Below, piece by piece: positions 51,851 through 64,000 of a stretch of DNA of 64,000 nt. The notes under the pieces are model-generated. The model did not search any database and was not told the origin of the DNA. It saw only the letters and a list, made by a program, of their open reading frames with translations. Numbering within the stretch: the stretch's first letter is position 1; the number at the start of each line of letters is the position of its first letter. The stretch comes from Octopus vulgaris (taxonomy: Eukaryota): positions 39,742,001-39,806,000 of the forward strand of contig OX597826.1 in assembly GCA_951406725.2 (NCBI GenBank), read 5' to 3'. The translations under genes were made by a program, and so were the position numbers.

Positions 51851-52426
51851 TAATATTCAGGCTTTCCATTAGCAAAATCGGTAGAGTGAAGAGCAAAATC
51901 CTGACAGGCAAGTTATTTCCTTTCAATCTTCTGGTACCATTCAGATAAATTATCAACCAAATAGCGTGATCGCTTTAATCGACTATTTATGCCACACAAA
52001 ATATTTTAATTTCGATTTTCAATATTATCAAAGTTTTGGGGCTGGAGAATTGTTGATTGATGTCTCTTACGGTTATGACTTCACACTTACCTTTCTTTAT
52101 TCATGGAAAAATAGAAGAAATTGCGGGCTGCTGATATCCAAGAGGATGTTATGAAACCCACAGCCACAAGTGCTAAGAATTATTCGATCAAATTAGATTG
52201 TTGACAGATAACCATATTTTCTCCCATAATATGGTCACATTCATTATGTTTTAAGAACAAGATATCATACGATATTCTATAATTTATACTATGTATTAAA
52301 CTATATTATATATTATATATTACTCAAGCAAACATTAAACTGGTTCCAACAAAGTATTGAAAGCAGTTTGCAAACATCTTTGGTTGGAGATTTACTTTTA
52401 TCTTAATAAGAAAATGGAACACTTAC

Positions 52427-52494
52427 CATTGATGATTCAGTCACGGAATCAAAGCTGTTGACGTGAAGTTTGACCTTAACAACAGTTGGTTCAT
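52427..52494 (-). CDS. Internal coding exon (68 bp) of a GlyR/GluCl-like Cys-loop ligand-gated ion channel subunit, extracellular beta1-beta2 region
   Basis: Minus strand reads attatgtttcttgcAG|AT GAA CCA ACT GTT...TCA TCA ATG|GTaagt, giving (x)EPTVVKVKLHVNSFDSVTESSM. This aligns with GlyR alpha [21 protein letters not shown]. Canonical splice sites; ends in phase 0. Confidence 0.9.
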
Positions 52495-52666
52495 CTGCAA
52501 GAAACATAATGTACGATGAACATCATTTTCTAGACATTATTTCTCATGAACAAACACAAACACTTACAACTTTAATAGTGAACGAGTGCACACCGGCACA
52601 GCACCACATACGTATATGGACTGATCTCCCACACTGCTTCCCTTTTCGTGTATGTGTATCTGTCTG

Positions 52667-52731
<65 letters not shown>

Positions 52732-52734
52732 TTA

Positions 52735-55045
52735 TCGACTGACGTGATGTCGCATCGGCTCCACAGATAACCCCTTTTTTCGACCCTTTATTACACACAC
52801 TTTGTTTCAAATTTTGCACACAAGGTGTGTAAAGCACCCAGCTTTCGTTTGAGTGTGTTTTCAAAGGAGGAATTGACCCTAGGAGTAGTTTCAAACCTAT
52901 TTATATTTCTATTTTCTTGCCATATTTCCGACTACCTGTCTCTAACAATGCTAGAGGCGAAGGAAGCTGAAAGCAAAGCTGTTCCGTGTGAACGCACGCA
53001 GGCATTAGAAGGCACGAATGATTCTGCTACTATAACCACTGGCTCCACCAATGCTAACACCACTACCGCCATCACCACCACAACCCACACGAGTACTGAA
53101 AACAATTTTGCCGCAGCTTTAATGTTAAAGAAAAGCCATGTGCCTTTCCAAAGAAAAACTGCTTGCCTGTAATGCAATGTTAAATAAAGACGACCTCAGC
53201 ATACAACTACAGTCACCACAAAACATCAAGGAAAAAGTCGAAAAAAACTCAATTATTTACAGGACGCTCAACCTAAAAACAAGGCTATACGAAAAGGCCA
53301 CTCAAGAAAATGTTGAAAAATGTTTAAGGCCTATATGGGCCTTTAAAGACTACATCATGCGGGGAAACAGATTTGACACGATCGAAGTTGATTCGACAGT
53401 GAAGAAAGAGTCAAGGACCTCTCCTCAAAGTCCTTCCAATTTGAAAATTTACTGATGATCCTTACATACCTTGGTCGTAGAGTCACAAAAACTAAAATAA
53501 AGAATGTGCCCCCTGAAATAGAAATAAAATGACTCGTGTCTGCCATTTGCTATGACCTCGAGGAAATCCATATCTTGGAAATCGCTGTCGTGGACTAGCA
53601 AAACTGGATTGACCAAGAAATTGAAATTCTTGCTCAAATTAATCCGATGATTTTGGAAAAAATTCCACATTGAATCTAATTAACTGCGGAAGCTGGCGAC
53701 GCTGAGGGGCATCCCACGAGAGCGTGTCTACATGCAAGCACATCGACCTGGACGGCGAGGCACTAAAAAAATACGAAGCGGTAACGGGACCAAAAATTAA
53801 CCGAGAGAAGTCAGTGGGTTTGCGGCTCGACACCTGGAGAAGCAAGCCCATGCGTTCCAACAGCGTCTCCATTGTAGGACGCTGGACCGACGGACCGGTT
53901 AAATTGGTTGGAGTCTGGTTCGGTCTGGACCTCCAAATGGAGAAGAACTGAGGCGAAATAACGACTAGAGTGGCCACTCTCACCCAGCAATGGGCCGAGA
54001 GGAAGCTATCGCTAAAAGGTCGGGCGGAGGTGGCGAACGCGTACATCGCATCCGTCATCGAGTGCCGTCTAACCGTCATGCCTTGTCCCGACCCTACCAT
54101 CACCAAACTGGAACGCTTCTTGTGGAAGGGAAGCGTTCCGATGGTTAGGCGATCCATTTGCTGTCAACACGCCTTGGTTGATGATGCGCAGACATGCACT
54201 GAGACCACGACATCCCCGGCACTTCGCAGTCGACGGTGAACAGGTGTGGTCGCCTTTTGTGTGACGCGCTTTCCCACAGCTCGTCTCCTTGGCCGAACTA
54301 CAGTCGTGGATCAAACTGAGACCGAGGCTAGGCGAATGGCACCGCGAGTGCCGCGTTGCTCTCAAGAAACTCTGCCGTCCGGGACCAAACGTGTGCGACT
54401 TCATTACAACAAAGGCGTTCTAGAGAAGATTAGTGGAGTGGAGGTGCGACGACGTTCTCGGGCAGAATCTGGGCATCGGCGAGGAACACCTGACCCGCCT
54501 GTTCAGGACAACTTTTGGTTCGGGACCTATGGACAATCACCAATGTTCCCTGGTCTGGCAGTGCTATCGAGAAGCATTACCTGTTCGGGATAAGCACAGT
54601 TCGACACACATCGGACTGACTTGCGCGAGATGCGGTCAGAGCGACGAAACCGTTCTGCACATACTGGTGCATTGTCCAACCATTTCGGACCTGTGGGCTT
54701 ATGCCGAACGGCTGCTGTCTCGTGTGGGGCGAGTCCGCCTGTCGGCCGAGTCTATCATGATAATTACTCCGCCACCTTCCCTCAACTGGGAAGGCAAGGC
54801 AGTCTTCATCGTACTGGTGGCCATGGTGAAAGAATGTGTGTGGTAGACTCAAGCAAAAGGATTAGAGACAAACACTTACCTCTCTGGCCAATCGCTCATC
54901 AACTTTTTCAAGTACAACTTCAAAAGGAAGGTGAGAATGGAGAGGCAGGTTTTGTCTCGTGAAAGTTTAAAAAAAATATGGGTGAATGTTGCAAAGATTG
55001 TGCGTGCGAGCGACGAAACCACTTTGAGCATGATCCTGTAAATCG

Positions 55046-55076
<31 letters not shown>

Positions 55077-55365
55077 CACTTTGCTCTCATGTGTTTATGT
55101 TCTCCTTGCCTGAGGTTAACGTGGTCTTTTCTGTCGGCTTTTCTTTCCGCGGATGAACCTAATCTTGTTTCTTACTTTTTAAAAAATTTCTTTCTGTGAT
55201 ACACAATCCCTTTTGATCGCTTTTTTTATTTTCCTGATCCCTTTTGATCGGAATTTTACATTTGTTCCCCTTTTTTTCCTTTTTCTTTTCCATTTTCGAA
55301 AAGAAAAGCTCTACATTTGTATTTGCCCCGTCTGTGTTCAGCCCTGTGTAGCCAATAAAGAAACT
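52735..55365 (+). mobile_element. Tx1/L1-clade LINE, internally deleted (5' UTR and ORF1 part fused to the ORF2 3' half), with (TCTA)n tail
   Basis: ALKKYEAVTGPKINREKS; KLVGVWFG; QQWAERKLSLKGRAEVAN; FLWKG; ALPVRDK..CARCGQSDETVLHILVHC (CCHC). AATAAA precedes the (TCTA)n tail. Confidence 0.85.
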
Positions 55366-55407
55366 TATCTATCTATCAGTCTGTCTGTCTGTCAGTATGT
55401 CTGTCTG

Positions 55408-55495
<88 letters not shown>

Positions 55496-55512
55496 CCTAC
55501 CTATCTATCTAT

Positions 55513-56153
55513 CGGGAAGGAAGAGCTATTTTTATCATACTTGTGGCTATGGCGAAAGAATGTATCTGGTGGACGCGCCTTAAAGGATTAGAGACAAACA
55601 CTTTTCTCTCTGGTCAATCTCTCATCAACTTCTTCAAGTATCACTCGAAGAGGACAGTGAGAGTAGAGAGGCAAGTTTTGTCTAGTGAATGTTTTAAAAA
55701 AAGATGGGTGAATGTAGCAAGGATGGCACGTATGAATGACGAAGCCACCTTGACTATGATTCTATGAACCGTAAAAATTAATACAGAGAGTTGCTTATTT
55801 GCAAAAAAAAAAAAAAAGAAATATAACATGTGACTTCATTGACCGAGGTTACCGTGGTCTTTTCCGTAGGCTTTTCCTTCCACGGGTAAACCTCACCTGT
55901 CCTCCTCTTTACACTTCATATTGACATTTCTGTGATTACGATCCCTATTGATCAACTTTTTTTTCCTCTCCCCTTTTCTTTTTTTTCCCTCTCCCCCCTT
56001 TTTTTAAAATCCTCCCCTTTTTTTGTCCTCTTTCTTTCCTTTTACGATCCCTTTTGATCGAAAACCAACCCCCTTTTTTTTACCCCCAAAAGAAAAGCTC
56101 TACCTTGTAATTTGTTCTGTCTGTGTGCAGCCCTGTGTGGCTAATAAAGAAAC
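55513..56153 (+). mobile_element. Second, 5'-truncated copy of the Tx1-like LINE
   Basis: REGRAIFIILVAMAKECIWWTRL..NDEATLTMIL*, then 3' UTR and AATAAA. Bounded by (TCTA)n. Confidence 0.9.
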
Positions 56154-56180
56154 ATCTATCTATCTATCTATCTATCTATC

Positions 56181-57238
56181 TTGTCGCGTTGCTCTCGAGC
56201 AACTCTGCCGTCCCGGGTCGACCTTGAGTGACTTCAACACAACCAAAGCATTCTATAGGGGATTAGTGGAGGGGAGGTACGACGCGATCTTGGGGCAAAC
56301 CTTGGCGTCGACGAGGAATACCTGACCCGCCTGTTTGAAACAACTTTCGGGCCGGTACCTATGGACAACTTCCAGAGATCCCTGGCCTGGCAGTGCTACC
56401 GAGAAGCGCTACCCGTTCGGGATAAGCTCTATAGGCATGGCTCGAGAAACACGGGGCCGACCTGCCCGAGATGCGGTCAGAGCGACGAAACCGTTCTGCA
56501 CGCAATCGTGCAGTGTCCAACAATCTCAGACCTGTGGGCTTATGTCGAACGACTGCTGTCACGTGTGGGACGTGTCGGTTTATCAGCCGAGTCTATCGTT
56601 AATATCGTCACGCCTCCTTCCTTCAAACGGGAAGGAAGAGCTATTTTTATCATACTTGTGGCTATGGCGAAAGAATGTATCTGGTGGACGCGCCTTAAAG
56701 GATTAGAGACAAACACTTTCCTCTCTGGTCAATCTCTCATCAACTTCTTCAAGTATCACTTGAAGAGGAAAGTGAGAGTAGAGAGGCAAGTGTTGTCTAG
56801 TGAATGTTTTAAAAAAAGATGGGTGAATGTAGCAAGGATGGCACGTATGAATGACGAAGCCACCTTGACTATGATCCTATGAACCGTAAAAATTAAGACA
56901 GAGAGTTGCTTATTTGTAAAAAAATATATATATAACATGTGACTTCATTGACCGATGTTACCGTGGTCTTTTCCGTAGGCTTTTCTTTCCACGGGTAAAC
57001 CTTACCTGTCCTTCCCTTTACACTTTATATTGACACTTCTGTGATTACGATTCCTATTGATCAATTTTTTCCTTTCCCTTTCTTTAAAATTTTATCCCCC
57101 CCTTTTTTTGTCCTCTTTCTTTCCTTTTACGATCCCTTTTGTTCGAAAACCAAACCCCCTTTTTTACCCCCAAAAGAAAAGCTCTACCTTGTAATTTGTC
57201 CAGTCTGTGTGCAGCCCTGTGTGACTAATAAAGAAACA
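56181..57238 (+). mobile_element. Third, 5'-truncated copy of the Tx1-like LINE
   Basis: ORF 56361-56882 contains CPRCGQSDETVLHAIVQC. Nearly identical to copy 2 over the shared coding region. (TCTA)n tail at 57239-57297. Confidence 0.9.
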
Positions 57239-57297
<59 letters not shown>

Positions 57298-57599
57298 ATT
57301 GTTTATGTTTATGTTTTCCAGTTTCAGCTCTTGAGCTGTGGCCATGCTGGGGCACCGCCATTATTTATATTAATCTATATAAGAGTAGCAAAAAATTCAA
57401 TAGAATTTTTTTTCGCCACCAGCGGTCTAGTGAGAAAGAAAAAATAGTCAAAAGACTATATAATATACATTCAACAATAATATTAAGGAATGGCCTTAAT
57501 AGGCCATTCAACTCACTAAAACGAGCAGCTATACTCAAACCGATAAATAGTAGTAATTCAGAAATCAAAGGAAAATTAAAAACATTTACCCTAATCATA

Positions 57600-57705
57600 T
57601 TTGGACAATGCATTGTTTCGACGTACTTTTTGGTAAACCAGCCTAATTAAATTAAATTAAATTTAATCAAGATAATTTACCACTGGCTCGTCTCATCGGG
57701 AAAAA
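57600..57705 (-). ncRNA. Hammerhead-like motif with CCGAUGA core
   Basis: Reverse complement: CCGATGA-GACG..TGGTAAA..TTTACCA..CGTC-GAAA caatgcatt GTC. Stem III is the 12-nt palindrome ACAATGCATTGT; stem I is weak. Confidence 0.6.
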
Positions 57706-58585
57706 AGCCAGGAGGAATAAATATTCCACGAGGCAACAGCATCGATGCCTTGGGAATAAATACTCTAAATTTTATATATATATATCTATTTGGTACGTGC
57801 AATGCAGATAATTCTCGGAAATTCAAGCCCACACATATACACATCGCGCACACACACACTCTCACTCTCTCTCTCTCGCTCCCTCACACACATACACACA
57901 CTCACATACACATGTCATGATCTATACAGAGGCTTACAATTATCAATGCATATAATTATGTATGTATGCTCTTTTTACAAGTGTGCTTTGGGTAGATGTG
58001 TGTAGGCATACTATGTATGAAGTATATATTGTTTAAAATACGCAATGCGCAAGCATATTGGCCATATTCATACATAAGTGTGTGTATATTTATCAGTGTG
58101 TGTGTGCATGCGTAAGTGTGGTGCATGCTCATAGCTATATGAGGGCTGCTTAAATACTTGCACACTCATCCACACACGCGCGAGCGCGCATTCGCATAGT
58201 CGTTGTTCGCGAGGAGAAAAAAAATCACCAAACGACAGAAAAGTTTTGTATGTTATTTCATTGACAGTGAATGATTGTTATTCGCCGCATTTCTCAAAGC
58301 TAGTATAGGTTTAAAGGTGAATATTAGACGACAGAAATTGGTGAAGCAATGTAAACGATTAGACTAAAGTAATGAGAGATTGAGAGAGTGTATGAAAGAT
58401 GATCACAAATGTAATCACATGAAATATCACATGAAACACGGTTGTGGGTCCTCATGGCAGCAATTATTTCAAAGACTTTATATTACAGCGAATATTTATG
58501 AGAATAAGAATATGCTCTGAAATATCAACAAAATCTCTCTCTCTCTCCCTCTGTATAAATATTCATACATATAAACACATACACA

Positions 58586-58669
<84 letters not shown>

Positions 58670-58717
58670 GAGATAAAAATCCAAGGCTGTGAACGATTTT
58701 AGAACATTTATAAATAG

Positions 58718-58765
58718 GTCTTACAGCTGTTTCTGGGATATCTTATATATCCCTTCATCGGAGAC
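58718..58765 (-). ncRNA. Hammerhead-like motif with CCGAUGA core, within an inverted pLTR pair (58668-58890)
   Basis: Reverse complement: GTCT-CCGATGA-aGGGATAT ataag ATATCCCa-GAAA cagct GTA-AGAC. 58668-58733 is an imperfect reverse complement of 58821-58890. Confidence 0.7.
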
Positions 58766-59494
58766 AGTGTGAGAAAATGGTTAAGTAATAGTTAATTTAG
58801 ATGAGATATAAAATATCGCGGAAATAGCTGTAAGACCTTCTATTTATAAACGTTCTCAAATATTTCACAGCCTTGGATTTTTATCTCGTTCTGAAAATTG
58901 TTTGTATATACACATGCTGTATATACACATGACCTACGTTGGACTCCCTATCCGCATGATCACTGGATTAACATGGACCTTAACTATGGTCTGTCCATAG
59001 CACTAACTCAGTATTACCTGACCCCTTTGGGTCTTATTGACACCATTAGTTCTCATAACCTATATAAATAAAGTATATATATATATATTTATATATATAT
59101 AGACACAAATATATACACACACACAGACGTTCTTCGATATGCCTCATCATTAAGTAGTGCATATCTTTGTCACCTATATCTATGTCTGAGTGGAGGGAGA
59201 GAAGAGAACTATTAATACCGCATTAATAACGGTATTAAAGCCATCAAATGGGAGATGTGAGACAGATATAATAGCAATAGATATTTGAACGAGCAACATA
59301 TCTGTATCAACAGCGATTTGGTGGAGTGGTAAAATGTATGAAAGTGTATGTCAAGGTATAACGTACATAATCATTGCTCTAAATAATCGAAGGAAATATA
59401 ATTTATTAAATCACACACACACATACATGAATGTATGAACATACATACATAAGCATAGTCTAATGACTGAAATAAGTATAATATGAAAGAAAAG

Positions 59495-59526
<32 letters not shown>

Positions 59527-59554
59527 GTGTGTGTGACAATTATTCGGTAGCCAT

Positions 59555-59615
59555 GATAAAACTCCGAGTTTCGGATGTCGGAGTGGAAAACCACGCCGGC
59601 ATCTCTTCAGTCATC
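59555..59615 (-). ncRNA. Hammerhead-like motif within an inverted repeat (59533-59701)
   Basis: Reverse complement: GATGA-CTGAAGA-GATG..GTGG tttt CCAC..CATCc-GAAA ctcggaGTT-TTATC. Confidence 0.65.
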
Positions 59616-59989
59616 GGGACATCGGAAAAAAATGCTATCTGGGGTTTCCGCCCAACATCCGAAACTCGGAGATTTTTCATGGTTACCGAATAATTGTCAC
59701 ATATTATATATGTATTAGAATCAATGAGGTACTCAGCAATCTGGATGGTTTTATATTTACAGATATTTTTATGAATCATATATCATATATACAGATATTT
59801 ATTAGTATGTTACCTGTTTTTATAAATCATATATCATATATTTGCGCTTTCGTCCACTCTAGTGGAGTTGTCAAATTGAACTTTTGCAGGAATTTTGTCT
59901 CTTTTTAAAGTATTATTGAATGTGTAGGGGTGGGGAGAGATATAAGATAGTACAAGAGGGTGAGGAATGGAGAGAAAGGGAGAGAGAGC

Positions 59990-60680
59990 GCGCGTGTGTG
60001 TGTGTATGTGTGTATGTGTGTATGTGTGTATGTGTGTATGTGTTTGTATCTGAAAGAAGTATTAAAGAAAAAGAGAAGGAAAGGAAGAAGAAGAAAAAAA
60101 TTGTGATATCTTTGCAGCTGGTCAGTCTTTCAATAGTAAATAATTCGTAGCTTTTAGAAATGGCAAACCCAGCTGGTCACTCCAAGAGGGGCAAAATGTC
60201 ACTTTTCAAAGAATTGTCTGGATTTATTTTTATCATTGTCTTGTGAGAGTGTGCGTGTGTGTATGTGCGCGCGTGTGCGCGGGTGTCTGTGTATCTGAAA
60301 GACGTGTCAAATGGAAAAGGGAATGAAATGAAGGAGGAGGAGAGAAAGAAGAAAAAATGCGTTTACATTTTGCAGCTGGTCAGTTTTTCAATAGTAAATG
60401 ATTCTTGCTTTTTGGAAATGGCAAACCCAGCTAGTCAGTCTTTCAATAGTAAATGATTCGTGACTTTTAGAAATGGCAAACACAACTGGTCACTTCAAGG
60501 TGGGGCAAAATATCAATTCTCAAAAAATTATTTTTATCATTGTTTTGTGAGTGTGTGCGTGTGTGTGTGAGTGTGTGTGTGTGCGTGTGAGTGCGCGCGT
60601 GTGTGTGTAGATGCCTGTGTATCTGAAAGGGACGTCGATGGAGAAGGGAAGAAAGAAGAAAGAGAGGAAGAAGAAATATC
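59990..60680 (+). repeat. Diverged tandem repeat (~240-bp unit, ~2.5-3 copies, with an internal subrepeat)
   Basis: Recurrent (GT)n-gtatctgaaag..tttgcagctggtcagt..ttcaatagtaaat..gaaatggcaaac. Confidence 0.8.
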
Positions 60681-60761
60681 TGTGTTGACATCTATACAAC
60701 TATTCAATGCAATCAATCCAATGTTTGATTCCTGTGCTGATATGGGTTGGATAATCTGGAT

Positions 60762-61292
60762 GAAAGATTGTTTTTATTTATGTATATGTACATGTATGCA
60801 GTACTGTGTATGTGTGTGTGTTTGTGTGTGTTTAATACAATTTACTTTACAAAACTTGTCCTTCATCTAGTACAAATTATTACAGAAATATTTTCAGCCA
60901 TTCAATTTTGGGGAAAATTTTGTTATGAAGTATTTTTCCATATTTCTCCTGAAGGAGGTGTCATTCTTTGGACATTTGTAGAACGGAAAGATCTTAAATT
61001 TTCCTTCTACACATCTAGGTGTTTATTTTAGGAGTAAACTCCTACATACATGTGGAGAAGGAAAATTTAAGATATTTCCCTTCAAAAAATGTCCAGAGAA
61101 TGACACCTCCTTCAGGAGATATATGGAAAAATACTTCATAACAAAATTCCACCGCCCCCAAATTGAATGGCTGAAAATATTTCTGTAATGATTTGTACTA
61201 GATGAAGGACCAATTTTGTAAAGTAAATTGTATTAAATACACACACACAGTACTACGCATATGTACATATATATAAATAAAAATAATCTTTA
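60762..61292. repeat. Long imperfect palindrome (~255-bp arms)
   Basis: For example gtccttcatctagtacaaat/atttgtactagatgaaggac and ctcctgaaggaggtgtcattct/agaatgacacctccttcaggag. Confidence 0.9.
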
Positions 61293-61937
61293 AAACAGCA
61301 AATCAACCCAGGACTTATTCGTTGTATGCCGGATGTTATTCTTTGTCGGATGTTAATTAAATTAATATCTAATTTCTCACCCTCATTTTAAATTTAGATT
61401 TAAATTAATACGTTCTCTAACCGGCAAAGGCCACTGCAGTAAAGTATTATCTGCAGCATCAGGTTTTCCGGTCGGTAATTTAGCACGCCAAAACGAGGGC
61501 ATTTGAAATAGTAGCCACGAGTGTAATGGGTTGAACTGTTTACAAGTCTGACTTTGTGCGGACGTCCAAGCATGCAGTCCTGCAAATTATATTTATCTGG
61601 ACGGTCGCACCGATGATCTACGGAAATTTATGTAAGTAAAGTTACGTAATATGTTAATAGTGAAACATGTATGCGAATAATCCTTATTTCTATTGCTTTT
61701 TCTTTTGTCATGCGTGATTACGTTTTCGTAGTTATGCTAAATTTTTCTTGAGAACATTTCTTAGTGGTAAGACCATAGCGGATCTATTTCTAGCATAAGG
61801 GTGTCCACTTAGTGGATTCCCTCTAATATACATATAATACAATTTTACTGAACCTTAATTTTTTTTTTATATGCTAGACCACTGGTGTGAAATCGATGTT
61901 AATTAAATTAATATCTAATTTCTCACCCTCATTTTAA

Positions 61938-61996
<59 letters not shown>

Positions 61997-62125
61997 CACA
62001 GGAGTCGATATGTGTGGTAAGTAGTTTGCTTACCAACGACATAGTTCTGGGTTCAGTCCCACTGCGTGGCACCTTAGGAAGTGTCTTCTACTATCGCCTC
62101 GGACAGATCAAAAGCTTGTGTGTGG

Positions 62126-62179
<54 letters not shown>

Positions 62180-62201
62180 ATGTTACATTACTCGGTAGTC
62201 A

Positions 62202-62264
62202 AGATAAAACTCTGAGTTTCAGATGCCGAAGTGGAAATCCACAACACCATCTCTTCGGTTATCT
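62202..62264 (-). ncRNA. Hammerhead-like motif with CCGAAGA core, same family as 59555-59615
   Basis: Reverse complement: AGATAA-CCGAAGA-GATG..GTGG attt CCAC..CATCt-GAAA ctcagaGTT-TTATCT. Confidence 0.65.
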
Positions 62265-62581
62265 GGCTATTTGAAAACGTTATGAAAAAATACCGTTAAA
62301 TAAAGGGAAATTACTCTGTTATAACTCTGCTTGCCTGCGTACTTATACATCTTTCGCATTTTTCGTCATAAAAATCATATAAAAATACATAAAAAATATA
62401 TAAAAAATATATAAATTCTTCTTGGGACATAACATAGAAAGCATGTTCTATCTGTTTTCTTTAGGGGACCAAAAACGTAACAGAAACTTAGTCACATGTG
62501 GGCATGATCCGAAAAGCCATCTCTCCTCTATTTACATAATATTGAGGTCTCTTTCTCTCTTTTGTTATCTTACCGTTTTAT

Positions 62582-62632
<51 letters not shown>

Positions 62633-62729
62633 TGTGTGTATGTGTGTGTGTTTATCTCCTCCAACATCGCTAGACATCCGATGCTGGTGTATTTACGTCC
62701 CCGTAACTTAGCGGTTCGGGGACGTAAAT

Positions 62730-64000
62730 AAGCCTACATTTAGGATTAGATAAGAAGTTCTTTTTATGGTCCTTGATAATTATACAGGCCGCCTTTTTGT
62801 GGGTAAGGAACTCTATTTTTTTTTATCTAATTTATGTCTGGCGGCGATAATGCTAGCTTCTTCATTAATTTCGTTATAAATTTTTGGCCTAGCTTTGGTG
62901 TACTTATTGATGATGCTGATGTGTAGGAGTCGTGAATATGTGCTGTTAAGGTATAAATTCTTGTTGTTTTCAGAAAATAGTGCCATTTTTTGGGGAACTC
63001 TTTATGTATTTGATATATTTTATCAGTTTCTGTTGGAAAGTGTTAAAAGACTTACGAAATTTTATTTTGTTCATGAGCTTCAGTAGGTTTGCTTTGAAGT
63101 CTTCCAAGCCTTGATTTTTGGAGTGAATTTCTTTGATTTAGTTCCATAGAATATGTTCTCAGTAGTGTACTCTTCCATGTTGTAAAAGAAAGCTTTCTAT
63201 CTCATACGCTTAATACAGGTGTCAGTTACAACATTCATTGGAAGATCTTAGCCAAGTGTAATCCTTACACCAACGGCAGTGGAAAGTGCGGTCTTTGTGA
63301 TATGGAATGTTGGCTCATCTGGAAAAGCAGCTTAGACCCCGATACATGCCTAAATTCAAGAACTGAACTTTTTGGATCCTTTCCACTCGTAGATAAATAT
63401 TTGTTACGCTTTTTGGTCCCCCGAGATCACAGATAGAATTTGCTTTTTATATTGTGTCCACGTACAAGCGTTTTATGTTTCTATACTTGTGATATATATT
63501 TCGTATATATTTTTACATTTTTTACGTATTTATATATATATATTTTAATATTTTTACACATTTTTCCTGTATTTTCCCTTTCACCCTGCATTTTTCTTGT
63601 GCATGTGCGTATATAGACGTGTATTTAAATTTTTGTGCGTGTGTGTGCGTATGCGTTTGTGCGGGTATGTACATAGAATTTTTCCAGAAAATATAAATTA
63701 TATTGGATGGGTCTTTTATGCGCACCGTGTATGTAAGGTGACGCTTTATCTAAAATTCTCCATGAATTGTGTATAGAGCCAAAGTGCAGATAGAAGGCTC
63801 ACACGAATATAGAACATACACAGGGGACTCTGAAAATTCTTTGAAGACCCGATTTTATTCTCATAGAAATTCCTTCCGATACCCCGAAAATAGGACAAAG
63901 CCTGGTAAAATATTCTGGGAATCAAAAGAAGATGAAACCCGTCCTTTCAACGTGACATGGAGAATTTTAGATAAAGCATCACCTAACAGACACGGTGTGC
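62730..64000. mobile_element. Rearranged Penelope-like fragments: pre-RT region (-) and two GIY-YIG pieces (+)
   Basis: Minus 63215-62730: IKRMR*KAFFY...AYIIIKDHKKNFLSNPKCRL-like. Plus 63235-63390: WKILAKCNPYTNGSGKCGLC..LNSRTELF. Plus 63770-64000: YTGDSENSLKTRFYSHRNSF..VTWRILDKASP. Confidence 0.75.

Noticed and set aside
61400-61585. Possible upstream exon of the channel gene
   Set aside because: No frame resembles the expected N-terminal helix or YDxxxRP motif, and there is no convincing donor.

Overview
AT-rich, microsatellite-dense metazoan DNA. The SINE and Penelope repertoire resembles an octopus/coleoid cephalopod genome (inference, not verified). The only host coding sequence I can support is two minus-strand exons (52427-52494 and 5313-5423) of a GlyR/GluCl-like Cys-loop ligand-gated ion channel subunit. 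They splice in frame across a ~47 kb intron, so the window is probably all inside this gene. The introns hold decayed Penelope-like elements (PLEs), Dong/R4-like, RTE and Tx1-like LINEs, a non-autonomous Helitron, foldback/MITE elements and several tRNA-derived SINE families. The main unannotated signal is about a dozen minimal type I hammerhead ribozyme (HHR) motifs from several PLE families, on both strands. Some have non-canonical cores and some sit in long palindromes. Also recurrent: (TA)n-centred foldbacks and locally templated duplications, one of which copies the channel exon's splice donor. Most ORF-track entries are microsatellite artefacts. All folds and alignments were done by eye, and element boundaries are approximate.
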